Shown here: piece by piece, positions 13,492 through 26,645 of the stretch
How positions within the stretch are numbered: position 1 is the first letter of the stretch
Layout of the letters: each line of letters opens with the position of its first letter
NCBI RefSeq assembly: GCF_009834535.1
Contig: NC_045697.1
Location: 117,988,001 to 118,052,000 of the forward strand
Direction: 5' to 3'
Origin: Camelus ferus
Lineage: Eukaryota
DNA: 64,000 nt
Notes under the pieces: model-generated
What the model was told of the DNA's origin: nothing
The model's input: the letters and a program-made list of their open reading frames with translations, nothing else
The model's database searches: none
Program-made: the position numbers and the translations under genes

Positions 13492-13610
13492 GGAGGGGGA
13501 AGGGTATAGCTCAGTGGTAGAGTGTGTGCTTAGCATGCATGGGGTCCTGGGCTCAATCCCCAGTCCCTCCATTAAAATAAATAAACCTAACTACCCCCAC
13601 CCCCCAAGAA
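13492..13610 (+). mobile_element. tRNA-Ala-derived SINE (Vic-1-like)
   Basis: gggtatagctcagtggtagagtgtgtgcttagcatgcat...tcaatccccagtccctcca plus tail; TSD-like agagctta / agagttta. Confidence 0.92.
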
Positions 13611-14210
13611 AGAGTTTACAGAAGCAGACTAGACACAATGCAGATTTGTTGGGCTTTCCACAGTGGCATGGGGACGTGGAGGAAATGGGTGTGACTTTGC
13701 CATTTTTGGGATTTGTTAGTGATTCTGTGCTGTCTATGTGCCTGGAAACTTTAATAGTAGACACATTTTAATAATGAAAGAGCCTGCTCTATACTGGCAG
13801 TGCTGTCATGCTTCCCAGGAGCTCTCTACTTTGTTTTCATGAGAGTTGCCATAGACATTTCATTTAAAAAATCAGGTACAGAAGACACATCTGTTTCCAA
13901 ACAATTGAAAAATATTTGAAAAAGACCCCCCAACACAATCATACAAGCAAAAGATTTTGAGGACCTCCCTCCCAAAGCCCTTGCTTATTCCATTATTCCT
14001 AGTCTCAGAAAAAAAAATTTTTCAAAATTAAAAGTGAATTCTAAATCACACCATTCCATTGTTTGATTAAGAAATTTAAGGACTCAAATGTATTGAGATT
14101 CAAACAACACAAAGGCAGAACTTCTTCTCTACACTTTCTGCTTGTGTTACCCACCCAACTCCCAACAGAGGGAAAATTAAAATACTTTCATTTATTAGAC
14201 AATTTAAAAA

Positions 14211-17061
14211 TTATTTATTTATTTAGTGGTAAGAACACTTACCATGAGATGTCTTCTTAACAGATGTCTATGTTTAGAATATAGTATTGTTCATTAGAGG
14301 TACAGTGTTGTACAGAAGCTCTCTAGAATTTATTCATCCTTTATCACTAAAATTGCATACTGGTTGAACAATAACTGGTTTTTCTATATTGATTTTCTGT
14401 CCTGTAGCTTTGCTGAATCAATTTATTGGTTCTAATGACTTTCAGAAAATGCAATCTTCAAGGTTTTCTACTAAAATATGCCATCTGCAAAGAGATAATT
14501 TTACTTCTTCCTTTTCAATATGGAAGGTTTTTATTTCTTTTTCTTGCCTAATTGCTCTGTCTAGGACTTCCAATACTGTGTTGAATAGAAGTAGTAAGAG
14601 GGGTCACTCTTGCCTTATTTCTGATCTTAGAGGAAAAGCTTTCAGCTTTTCACCATTAAGTATGATGCCAATTGTGGGCTGTTAATAGATGGTCTTTATT
14701 ATATTGAGGTAATTTCCTTCTATTCCTAATTTGCTGAGTGTTTTTATCATGAAAGGGTGTTGAATTTTGTCAAATGTTTTTTCTATTCCATTGAGATGAT
14801 CATGTGATTTTTACTCTTTTTCTGTTAATGTGGTGTGTTGCACTGAGTGATTTTCATATATTGAACTGTTTTGTTATTCCGACAATAAATCCCACTTGGC
14901 CTTGGTGTCTGATCCTCTTAATGTGCTATTGAATTCAGTTTGCTAGTATTTTGTCGAGGATTTTTGCATCTATATTCATCAGTGATATTTCCCTGTAGGT
15001 TTTTTGATTTTTTTTTTTCTCCTTGTAATGTTTTTGTCTGGCTTTGATATCAGGGTAATTCTGACCCTATAGAGTAAGTTTGGAAATGTTCCCTCCTCTT
15101 CAATTTTCTGGAAGAGTTTTAGAAGGATTGGCATTAAATCTTTCAATGTTTGGTAAAATTCTCCAGTGACTCCAACTGGTCCTGTGCTTTTTTGTTACTG
15201 TTTTGGGGAGGTTTTTGATCACTAAGTCAATCACCATGCTAGTAATAGGTCTGTTCAGACTTTCCATTCCTTCACGTTTCAGTCTTGGTAGATTGCATGT
15301 TCCTAGCAATTTATGCTTCTTCTAGATTATCCAGTTTGTGACATATGATCCCTTTTATTTCTGTGGTATCAGTTATTGTCTCTTCTTTGATTTCTCATTT
15401 TGTTTAACTCTCCTTTCTTTCTTTCTTGGTCTAACTGAAAGTCTAACAAATTTTGTGATCTTTTCAAAAAAACCCCTCAATTTTGTTGATTTTTCTATTG
15501 TTTTTCAATTCTTGATTTTATTTATTTCTGTTATAATCTATTATTTCCTTTATTCTGGTAACTTTTTCCTTGTTCTTCTTTACTTTTTGAGATGTAAAAT
15601 TAACTAAGTCATTCTTTTTTGAGATTATTTTTCTTTTTTAATGTAATTGCTTGTCACTATAAACTTTCCTCTTAGTATTGCTCTGCTGCATCCTATAAAT
15701 TAATTTTGGTATTTTGTTTTCTCTCTCTCTCTTTTTTTTTTTTTTTTTTTTTTTTTTGTCGCAATGTATTTTCTAATTTACTGGATAATTTATCCTTTGA
15801 TCCATTTGTTGTTCAATAGTTTTGTTGTTTAATTTCCACCATTTGTTAATTCTCCAGTTATCTTTCTTCTGTTTATTTCTAGTTTTATTCCATTTTGGTC
15901 AGAAAAGATACCTGGTATGACTTGAATATCCTTAAATTTGTTAGGACTTTCTCTGTGACCTGACATGCGATCTGCCCTCTGTGTGTTTGGGAAGAATGTG
16001 TTCTGCTGCTGTTGGGAATGCTCTATACGTATCTGCTAAGTCCATATGGTCCATCATGTCATTCAGTCCTATTCCCTTATTGATCATCTGTCTGGATTTT
16101 CTACCCACTATTGAAAGTGAAGTATTGAAATTTCCTTCTCTTGTTGCTTTATTGTCTATTTCTCCTTTAAGTTATGTCAATGTTTGCTTCGTATATTGAT
16201 ACCCTGATATTGACTGAATATATATTTATAAATGATTGCTCTTCCTGATGATTTTACACCTTTATAATTGTACAATGGTCATCTTTATCTCTTCTGACAG
16301 TTTTTGGCTTAAAATCTATTTTGTCTGATATGATATGACCACCTATACTATTTTTTTGGTTACCATGTAGCATTTTCATGGAATGCCTTTTTCCAACCTT
16401 TAACACTCAGCCTGTGTTTGCCCTTCAATCTAAAGTATACTTCTTGTAGACAACATATAATCGTATCTCACTGTTGCTTTTTTAAATTCATTCAGCCAAT
16501 CTATGTCTATGATTGGGGAGTTTAAACCATTTACACCTAAAATCATTTTTGATACTGAAGGACTTAGAACTGCCATTTTACCTCCTGAGGGAGAGGCTGC
16601 CAAGCTGTGCTGGCTTCCATCTGCTAACTGTGGGTCCTCTGGACCAGGAGCATGACACCCAACCCTCCTTTTCACAGCTCCACATATGCATCCGGAGTGT
16701 GCTGGTCCCATTAGCACTCCAAGACAGGGAAGACAGAAATCAGTCCCTTGGGCAAGCCCCCGAGAATGTGGGACATACATTTCACTTTTCTCTTTCTCTC
16801 CCCAGAGAGAAGCTGGGAACTAGGAGTCCCTTCCCAAACACAGCACTGAGCTGTGGGGTGGGAACATGGCAAGTGAGTGCCATGAATTTCCCACCAGCTT
16901 TGATGTGGCTGGTTGGGCAACGACCTAGGCTGCAGAAGTCTCTTAACTAGTTTCTGGATCCCCACAAATGAAACTGGTCTGTGTATTGGTTTTAAGTCAG
17001 GGCTCCCTGGAGAAAGGAAGGTCTAGAACTTCCTATTCTACCATCTCATTGACTTCATCCC
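14211..17061 (-). mobile_element. Old L1 (L1MA/L1MB-like) retaining 5'UTR, ORF2 EN-to-RT part and 3' end, with two large internal deletions
   Basis: ORF2 peptides KMAVLSPSVSKMILGVNGLNSPI (ORF 16430-16780) and NLPRLKREGMESLNRPITSMVIDLVIKNLP (ORF 15100-15309); L1MA-type 3' end at 14211-14376; L1-type 5' terminus (gggatgaagtcaatgagatggtagaataggaag on minus) at 17061. Confidence 0.85.
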
Positions 17062-17094
17062 GATTTTATCCATTTTTAACCTAAAATGTTAGTG

Positions 17095-17542
17095 TGCTGT
17101 GATTCATGAAGGCTGGCAAAAGGTGTGAGATTTCTGACTCAGAAACACCGGGTTTTATCATTCACATTTTGGCATACCGCACAAGCGTAAGCATACTCCG
17201 TGCCTGTTCCCTGAACTGCGATTCTTCAGGATGACTTGAAGAAGGCCCAGTCATGTCTGCACGTGCAGTGAGTCGTGTTACAGAAGAAGATGAAGGGGCT
17301 TAGAAACTTGACCTTTTTACACTGGATAGTAGGCATGCCTGCCTAGTGTTTTAGAGAGAGACAGTCTTCCTGGTGTGTAAGAAAACCTGTCTTTTGTTCT
17401 CATGAGAGATACTATCTTTATCTCCCAGAGATGATCTCTGTACCGACATTCTTCCAAATATAGTCCAGAGTAAGGAGAGTCAGGGCCTCTGCTCTGAAAA
17501 AGTGTAGAAACACAAAACTCACAAAGACCTGCTGTCTCCCAC
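17095..17542 (-). mobile_element. LTR40-like (ERVL-class) LTR
   Basis: Reverse complement follows recalled LTR40 (gagcagaggccctgact...gataaagatagtatctc...ggcaggcatgcctact...tgccagccttcatgaa). Confidence 0.7.
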
Positions 17543-17549
17543 TGGTGTT

Positions 17550-18552
17550 AGCTGAAACAGACCATAGTTTGTACCTGAAAGCAAATCATTGCAAAATTCA
17601 AAAGTTTGAATATATTCATAGGATATTCTGTGGCCATAGATGAACTAATCTAGAAATCAACAACAAAGTTAAAAAATAGATAATCTGCAAAATGTCTGAA
17701 AATTAAAATGTACTTTTCTAAATTAACCCTAAGTCAAAGGTGAATCACAATAGTTGTAGGACAATATGTAATTTTCATTTAGTTAAAAATCTTAAAACTT
17801 GTGGAAGGCAGCTAAACAAAGACGGAGAGGAAAATCACAAAATTAAAGCACATATTTATAAAAGAGAAATTAAAAAAAAAAAAACAAATATCTAAGCATC
17901 TTTCTCAAGATCCAACAGAAACCACAGCAAATTAAAGCTAAAAATCCTAAGAGAAAAGAAAAAGGAGCAGAAACCAAACAACACCAAATGAAACAAATAG
18001 AAAAAAACTCCAACACATCAAAATTTGATTATTTGGAAAGATTTATAAAGTTGATGAACCCTCTAGCAATATAAAGCATGAAGGAAAAAAGGCAGCAAAC
18101 AAGCACACATTACGAGTGTGAAGAACAAAAAGGTATTACTTTAGATTCATAGACTGGTAAAGATAATAAGCAAAAGCCACTAAGTTGAAATGGACAATGT
18201 ATAAAACTTGACGCAAGCCAAATCATAAAATCTCAGTGCTCCTATATTTTTAAAGAAAATGAATTCATAATTAAAACAGCTCATATAACACAATACTATA
18301 CAATAACAAAAGAGAGCAAACTGCTGCTGCACAGGACATGAATGAATCTCACAGGCCTAGCAGAGGCAAGAAGCTAAATACTTCAGAGCACAAAATACAT
18401 GACACCATTCATATGAAGCTCAAAAACAGGCAAAACGAATCTCTGGTGACGCAAGTAAACATGGCGGTTCTGTTGAATGTGGGGTCATGATTCCATGGTG
18501 ACATAGTAAGGTCTCTGGGGAGCTGGCAACGTTATTTATCGTGATCTGGGTG

Positions 18553-18587
<35 letters not shown>

Positions 18588-18680
18588 ATAACCCTGTCAA
18601 TATTCACCAAAGTATACATTTAAGATTTGCATTCTTTCTTGTATACACGCTTATTTCACTATGCATTAAAGTTAAAACAG
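17550..18680 (+). mobile_element. Highly decayed L1 (ORF2 fragments + L1MC/ME-type 3' end)
   Basis: A-rich ORF2-like motifs (ctagaaatcaacaacaaag; aaagttgatgaaccctctagcaa) and old 3'UTR motifs (catgaatgaatctcaca; ccattcatatgaagctcaaaaacaggcaaaac). Confidence 0.7.
18556..18585. repeat. (TG)15 microsatellite
   Basis: Direct reading. Confidence 0.97.
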
Positions 18681-21439
18681 CCAAGTTCAAAGCCTGTAGA
18701 GAGAAAATGAACTCACTTCTCGAAGTTAATATATCTGAGATTGCCAAATCACTGTTCTGCAATACCTCTCTTTCTACTTTCTACATGAACACTGAGCTAG
18801 TCTTTTGGGGAAGATTATAAAATGGATGATCGTTATTAAACTCTACATGCGGGACTGGATTATGCCAGTAAAGAATTAAACACTAAGTTTATTTTTAGTA
18901 TTTAGGCCATCTAAATTCACCAGCTGACTTCAAGGAAGAAAACAAATTCAGGGTTTATGAGGAGTCTCGATAGGGAGTGTTTATATCAGGTGCTTAGCGC
19001 TGCAGGATGTTGTGTGTTGGAAAACATAGGCAGATCCAATTAACAGGTTCTGCTCTGTGGAAACTGAACTGAGCAGGCTTTTGGACAGCTTTATGTGTGA
19101 ATGTGAGAACATACTGATAAAAAATGTGATCCTCTTATCCCATATAACTTCCCGAGGGTTTTTCTAGGCTAGGGATTTGTGATTAAAATAGAGATATGTT
19201 GGCTCCTCGTTGGTGGAATTCTCCAGTAAAATTCCTTGAGAATCGTTAATTAAGGGACTCATACAAGTTTTGAAGGATGAGGACAGTCTGTTCTGGGACA
19301 AGGAAAGAGAGCACCTCTATCACTCCCCCTCTTTCTATCCTAAAGATCTGGACGCCTGTATGGATGACTTGCACACACATGTGTACCAAATTCACAGGGG
19401 TGGTTGCATGTGACCAGCTGCTTTCTGAACAACCTTCCAGCCACCCAACCAGCATTTCTAAATGATGCATTGTTTTGAAAAGAACCATTCAGAATGGCAG
19501 ACTAAAGATTACTGCAGAAGTGCACATTTTCAAAAAGAAATAGGATCTCCTCGTAAATCCTGGAGTTAAAATTTGACCAATGATCTCTTTAGAGATGAGT
19601 GGAATTTGACTTGGAAACTTTGTTTCTAGAAACTTATCCTGGTATTTCTGACCTTATTGGCTGTGTGGAATGTTTAGGAACAATTATTCTTAAGTTGGTA
19701 TTTGTAGGTCACAGGAGAATTGGAGAAATCCCCAAAAGGTTGCAAAACCCAGAGCTATGGAAACCTCAAGAATGCTTTGGTGGCGCTCCGATCCATTAAC
19801 CCAACCTCCTAGGGTTACACATGCTATTTTTTTTCTGACACTGTATCCAAGCATTCTTGCAAATGCATATTTTTAGGACTGAAACATATCATCCTTTCAT
19901 TTTTTAATATATATCAGTACTTTCTCCAAAATTGTCATCCAAGAAATCAAGGTAGCAGTGTGTGTGTGTTTGTGTATACGCATGTTTATATTTCTTCTAA
20001 GTTGTGCTTCATATTGGGGCTGAGGATAAAAGAGGGTGCAAGCAAAAAGAAAATGAAAGAGTAATTAGAAAAGTTGCTGGAGAACGTGGTATAAAAAAGT
20101 GAAGAACTGTTTTTCCGAAAGAGTCACTCCTGGTAAATGTATGTTGTGAAAATTCAAAATGTCAGAGCTTGTGCAAATGAATAAAACTTTTAATTGATAT
20201 TTCTGATCCAACATCATGTTCAGAGGGAAGTATTTCCATGGAAATTCAGTTTGTGTTGGGATGGTTATATATTTTCTTTTACTCTTACATAATTACACAG
20301 AAAATGCTTTGTATTCATATTACTAATGAAAGTAAAACAAAAATTATGATTCAGGCATTTAATTAAAAAGATTTTTAACATGCAGTAATTGCTAGAGGGT
20401 TTTCTCTGAAGGTAAATATAAAGATCGGGCTTTTAAAATATTTGCTTGGATGAGAAAAGCTAGTGTTTCCAGTGGAAAGTTGTTTAAATTTTATTCCACA
20501 GAATCACGAGTGCTCTCAGTAGGAGGCACGGCAGGAGGTAAGTGATCAAACAAAAAAGAAGAAAAATACAGTAGATCCATGCATTTTTTTCCTTCTAAAA
20601 AGGTAATTGTATAGTTCCCCGCATTTGTCTAGGCTCACCTGAAGCAGATATCCATTTTCAAAATAACCCTCTGTCGGGTTCTTTGTGATTCTTTTGATTT
20701 CAGAATCCAAAGGAGTAACTTGTATTACCTAAGGAATCCTCCTCCTCCCCACAAAAAAGATATTTTAAAAACTGTCAGGAAGTCTTGCTCAAGTTTGTTT
20801 TTTATTCCAGAACAGGGCCGTGAACCAATTAAAAGTTTAAAGAGCTATCGAAACTGCAGTATCAAAAACCCCTGAGATTTAACCTGTGGAAAGTAATTTT
20901 TCAGAAACAAAATAATTGGAAAAATGTTTCATATGCTCCTGCCTGGTTTTTATTGGTGTAAGATGTAGGTTTCCATAGACTTTCTGGAACCCAGAGAGGG
21001 CAATGTTTTTTCTTCGTTGAAAGCAGGCGGGCTCTGTCTGCCAGGTGAATATTCCAGAGCTCTCACAACCCTGATAGAAAGCAGCTCGAGTTCTGGACAG
21101 GAGCAGTATGTGTGAAAAGTCATGACAGTCCCAGATAGCCTTTCTGTGATTTCTACAGAATGTTAGCGATGATGATATGATGTGGTGTCAACATTTGACT
21201 CTGCACTTGTCAAGTCAGCAATTTTGAAGGAGGGAAGATGGCATATGGTGAACCTTCTGATTTTGAAAAACATACACGGACAAATGATTTTTTATTTTCA
21301 CTCAGGCTGTTTACAAAGCAAAAAAAAAAAAAAAAAAGTAGAATTTGGACAATTCTTAAACTCTCTGAGGGACTCAACAAACCAGATCTTACTTTATAGG
21401 TTCCCCTTGCCCACCCCACAGTCAGTCTCACCACCCGCT

Positions 21440-21655
21440 CCTAGTCATCCTGACTCGCCTCTGTGATTTTTTTTTCATTGTGCTGTTCACCTGCTAAAAC
21501 TCCATAGTGTCATTAATTTATTATGTTTATTGTATGTCTTCAGTTTCCCATGACTGGAAAGGGCAGGGATCTTTGTCTGCTGTGGTCCCTAATGTACCAC
21601 AGACTTGGGATAATGTCTAGCACATAGTGATGATCAACTGCATATTTGTTAATTT
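21440..21655 (+). mobile_element. L2 3'-end fragment
   Basis: agggcagggatctttgtctg...tgtctagcacatagt...catatttgtt resembles the L2 terminus. Confidence 0.7.
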
Positions 21656-21666
21656 CAACACGGCAA

Positions 21667-22326
21667 ATTTTTTCAAAATTTTAAGGCAAGCATAGTTGAT
21701 TTACAATGTTAGTGTCGGGTGTACAGCAAAGAGATTCAGTTATACACATACATACACATATATATATATATTTTTTCTTTTCACATTCTTTTCCATTTTA
21801 TGTTATTATGAGAAATTGAATATAGTTCCCTGTGCTATACAGTAGGTCCTTGTTTATGTAATTTATATATAGTAGTTTGTATCTGCTAATCCCAAACACC
21901 TAGTTTATCCCTCCCCACCCTATCCTCTTTGGTAACCATAGTTTGTTTTCTATGTCCGTGAGTTTGTTTTTAGTTCTTAAATAGAATTTGTATCATTTTT
22001 TTTAGAATCTACATAGAAGTGATATCATATGGTATTTGTCTTTCTCTGTCTGACTTACATAGTATGATAATCTCCAGGTCTATCCATGTTGCTGCAGATA
22101 GCATTATCTCACTCTTTTTATGGCTTAGTAGTATTCCATTGTATAAATATACCACAACTTCTTTATCCAGTCATCTATCAATGGATATTTAGATTGTTTC
22201 CATGTCTTGGCTATTGTAAATGGTGCTACTATGAACATTGGGGTGCAGGTGTCTTTTTGATTTAGAGTTTTCTCTGGATATATGCCCAGGAGTGGGATTG
22301 CTGGATCATATGGTGAGCCTATTTTT
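21667..22326 (-). mobile_element. 5'-truncated L1 (ORF2 C-terminus + 3'UTR)
   Basis: ORF 22125-22361 PYDPAIPLLGIYPEKT...CTPMFIVAPFTIAKTWKQ...WIKKLWYIYTMEYY is the L1 ORF2 C-terminal domain. Confidence 0.95.
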
Positions 22327-22371
22327 ACATTTGTGTTAGGAGAGATAAAAATAATAGACAATATATATCAA

Positions 22372-22580
22372 GCCATTCCTCTGTGTGCCAGTTACTGTTA
22401 AGTTCTGTCTTTAGTTCCATTTTCTTGTTTAATCACCAAAAAGAACCTCATGAAGTTGGCATCGAGCTTGAGACTAGGATAGCCCCACTTTGAAGATGAG
22501 GAAATGGAGACTCATGGTGGCCATATGAAGGTGGAACAGCCAGTGAGAAGCAGAGCAGGGACTGGGCTGACATCTGTCCA
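22372..22580 (-). mobile_element. MIR SINE
   Basis: cccactttgaagatgaggaaatggagactca core in reverse orientation. Confidence 0.7.
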
Positions 22581-24980
22581 TCACCATAATTTTGTGTGTC
22601 GTCTTGAGGTGTTCTCTTCAGGTAACAGTTCATTCTCTGCAGTGCTCGAAATTAAATGAATGCATGTCAGTTTGGATTGGCCATAAAGGACCCCCAGGCT
22701 GTAATGAACCATTCTAGCAGTGATTTATAAATTTGTCCAGGGAAATCGGCGTTCCCTGGGAGTAGAATTGTACTGGCTTCTGTTTGCTGGTTTCCAGAGT
22801 GTGGGATGTTGGGGTCTCTCCCTGGTGAGCACACAAAGACCCAGAAGGTTGTCACCAACTGTTCGGGCTTGACTGGGATTGACTTTTCCAGAGGCTGAGA
22901 TCAAGGGAGATGCAGGTAGGTGACGATGCAGAGGTCATGTCACAGTCTTGTCCCCAGGGTAGAGTGCAAGTCTGCTTGAGTGGATGGTGTCAAATTCTCT
23001 CCAGTAACAGGCTGAGAGTGGTCTTTTTTAACTTTCATGGCTACCCTGGCTAGTCAGCAAACAGCCCAAGATGAAGGAATCAGACTTGCTTGGGCTCTGA
23101 GGAAAGCTCTGGGGGCCAGTGTTTGCTCATTTGGTGTTATGGGCCACACAGCTCTTAGGACAAACCAAAATGACCCAAGGGAATGACCAATTTTAATTCT
23201 GATGCACCCATCAAATGAAACTGACCCTCGATTTTGTCAATCTTAGTATTTATATGTATGAAATATATAAATCTATACATATACAGATAGCCATATACTT
23301 TCATAGATGAAAAATGAGGGGTAGATTTGTCAATAACTTAACTAATTTGGTCAGGGAAAAGATCATAAAGCAGGTAGGTGAGGCATCACAGTTAATTATA
23401 CAAGAGAAAATCCAAGTAGGATTATGAATCACCTGGTTTTAAATCTTGATTGTAATTTAAGGATTTTTACTGGCATTTCTGATACACACTTACATTTTTA
23501 TTGTAGCAATCCAGTTTATTTAATGGAGGGGAATATGTCTATTACATGGCGTATTTCTTAACATAATGGCAAAACTATTACATACGTGCTGATAGGGAGT
23601 GATTTGGTACCATAAGTTGTAGAACTTTATATTTATGGGAATACTCTGAACTTTTTGGAAAAAAAGATACTCATACCTTTATAACATCAATAACAATATA
23701 ACAACGATTCTTCACAGAGATGTTTTTGGATACACCATGAAGTTATGATGAATGACTAATAACTCTTATCAGATGAAGAGGGATTTTTTTTAAACTCCTT
23801 AGTAACATGGGTAGCAATTAAGACAGAACTGCCTTCTGTCTATGGAAAGGATGCCTAACATTTATTTTGAAGAAAGGCAATAATCGGCCTTAGAGTGTGA
23901 TGATTTCGTTCCATAGCATTTGAATACGTTTCAACAAGGAAGGAATATTCACGTGGGCTTTATTTGGTGGGCTCCTCCACCAGCACATAGTATGACCACA
24001 TGAACCATATTTTACCTGTCACTTTGCTTTTTTTCTATGTTTGTGTGTATGCTCTGAAACAGACAAATCTCTAGTTGGTTTTTAAATCATCTAATTTTTA
24101 ACATGTTTGATTTTTTTCCTTTGTAATAATTGATAGCTAAGATACCAAAGGTTTTCTATAACAACCACAATCTCATTTACATTTAGATTTGCTTTTTTGA
24201 GTAGAAAAGATAAAGGTTTGTGGCTAGGACCTAGGCATTGACCCCAAACCCTTAGAAAGCCCAGGGAATCTGTTACTCCTCGTGAACGTTAAATCATGTC
24301 AGAAGCTGTGGTCTGAACTGTGCAGTGTGTGCAGCCACCCTTTCTGCGTCTCTTCTGTGTTTCCGATGCCCACGTAGCTCTCGGCTCAAGTGCACCCAAG
24401 ATTGTTCCAGTTTTCAGGCATGCTTCGAATACACAGGGACATGCCTGTAAAGTGCTGCCTGTCCCACTCCTGCCCAAGCAAATGCAGAATTTTAGTGCAT
24501 TGGCAGTGGCTTTAGGGCAGTAAAATGGAAAAGACGTGGGACTGAGTCCGATGTGGGTTTACATGTAACTGAGGTGCTTAGCAGCAACCTGACTGCGAGC
24601 AGGTGACCCACCCTCCCCAAGCCTCCGTGTGCCGTGGGTGAGGATAGGACTTGAGCGCTTCCTCCTTTGTGTTGTGGATGACAGGAATTGATGCGTGCGT
24701 GCATTTACTCCCTCCTGTTCACTGAGCGCCTGCCCAAGTCAGCCGATGCTGTCCCGGCTTCCTGTGACAGGATCGTGTGGAGTCTGGTCTCATGGGACTT
24801 TAATCTTGCTGTATTAAAGAGCCTGTTAGAGAAGATACTGTATCATGAGGGTCCGCTAAGTGTCACCCGTGGTGTGTGCACGCTGCCTGCAGATGGGTAG
24901 CTCCATCACATCTGAGAGCCCAGGGCTGTCAGAACACAGCCTCTCTCAGAACGCAAATAAATGTTTAAACGATGAAGGGA

Positions 24981-25709
24981 CAGTAAAGATGCTTGAGATA
25001 ATTTCTATCTTCTTAAAATTGTTGAGGTTTCTTTTGTGCCCAAGTACATGATCAATCCTAGAAAATGTTTCATGTGCACTTGAAAAGAATGTATATCCTA
25101 TTTCTGGGGGGTGTAATGCTCTGAAAATATCCACCAAATCTAATTTTTCTATTGTAGTATTTAATTTCTCTGTTGCCTTATTTATTTTCTGTCTGGCAGA
25201 TCTGTCTAGTGATGTTAATGCAGTGTTAAAATCTCCAACTATGATTGTATTCTCATCAATATCCCCCTTTATCTCTGTTAGTAATTGTTTTATGTACTTA
25301 GGTGCTCCTATATAGGATGCATATGTATTAACGAATGTAATATCCTCATCTTGTATCACTCCTTTAATCATTATAAAATGTCCTTCTTTATGGCCTTTGC
25401 TTTAAAGCCTATTTTGTCTGAAATCAGTACTGCAACACCTGCTTTTCTGGCTTTTCCATTTGCATGGAATATCCTTTTCCACCCTTTCACTCTCAATCTA
25501 TATGTGTCCTTCTCCCTAAAGTGGGTCTCTCGTATGCAGCATATTGAAGGTTCTTGCTTTATTATCCAGTCTGCCACTCTGTGTCTTTTGACTGGAGCAT
25601 TTAGTCCATTAACATTTACAGTAATTAATGATAGATGTGTGCTTATTGCCATTTTGAACTTATCTTTGCAGTTGACTTGGTATTTCCTCTTTGTTCCTTT
25701 CTTCTTCCT
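24981..25709 (-). mobile_element. Young L1 ORF2 endonuclease-domain segment (inverted 5' part of an insertion)
   Basis: ORFs 25371-25787 and 24946-25371 encode L1 EN (ITVNVNGLNAPVKRHR; IIVGDFNTALTSLDR; TFSRIDHVLG). They are split by one frameshift near 25385, inferred to be a ~10-nt deletion in KDKEGH. Confidence 0.95.
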
Positions 25710-25738
25710 GAGATTTAAGCTCAGTAAATACAAAGGAC

Positions 25739-26233
25739 GAATAATACTCAGCCATAAAAAATAATAAAATAATGCCATTTGCAGCAACGTGGATGGACCT
25801 GGAGAATGTCATTCTTAGTGAAGTAAGCCAGAAAGAGAAAGAAAAATACTATATATCACTTATATGTAGAATCTAAAAAAAAAAAAAAAGAAAAGAAAAA
25901 AGACAAATGAACTTACCTACAAAACAGAAACAGACTCAAAGACATAGAAAACAAACTTATGGTTACCGGGGGGGGGGGGGGAATGGGTAGGAAGGGATAA
26001 ATTGGGAGTTCTAAATTTGCAAATACTAACTACTATATATAAAATAGATAAACAACAAGTTTATACTGTAGAGCACAGGGAACTATATTCAATACCTTGT
26101 AGTAACATGGTTAAAAAGAGTATGAAAACAAATATATGTATGTTCCTGTATGACTGAAGCATTGTGCTGTACACCAAAATGGACACAACATTGTAAACTG
26201 ACTGTACTTCAATAAAATATATATTTAAAAAAA
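25739..26233 (+). mobile_element. Young L1 ORF2 terminus + 3'UTR + A-tail (sense part of the same candidate insertion)
   Basis: atgccatttgcagcaacgtggatggacctggag (MPFAATWMDLE), G-run at about 25967-25981, caataaaa followed by an A-rich tail. Confidence 0.93.
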
Positions 26234-26600
26234 TAAATGTAATATTCATCTCCAAAAAAAATACTTGAGGAAATGATAGGAAGAGTGAAAATGGTAAATT
26301 AGTTAGGGGTAGGTTCTTGGTGTATTTGGATTAAGCCTCCTCTGCTCCCCCACCTCCCCACCCCCCCACCCCATCCTCCATAGACTGAGGGACGAGGAAT
26401 TCTATTTCTTACTGTTTGCTTTGTGGTGATTACAGTGGCCTGCAATTAGTTGGGAAAGTAATTTTGAGAAAGATGTCTTGAATAGATTTACCTATAAAGC
26501 CTATTAAGCTCAAATTATAACCAGAGGGTATTTCAAAATATGACCAATTTGATGCATTGGCAGCCGGAGTGGAGTAGAATATATATATTTATATTTATAT

Positions 26601-26645
26601 ACACACACACACACACACACATACACACACACACACACACACACA
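26601..26645. repeat. (AC)n microsatellite with one interruption
   Basis: Direct reading. Confidence 0.95.

Noticed and set aside
13495..13571. tRNA-Ala(AGC) genes (this and seven similar copies)
   Set aside because: All have A-rich tails, most have TSDs and a shared linker, and they carry stem or loop mutations. They are SINEs, not tRNA genes.
24946..25787. Functional endonuclease gene
   Set aside because: Frameshifted, promoterless L1 EN fragment that stops before the end of the domain.
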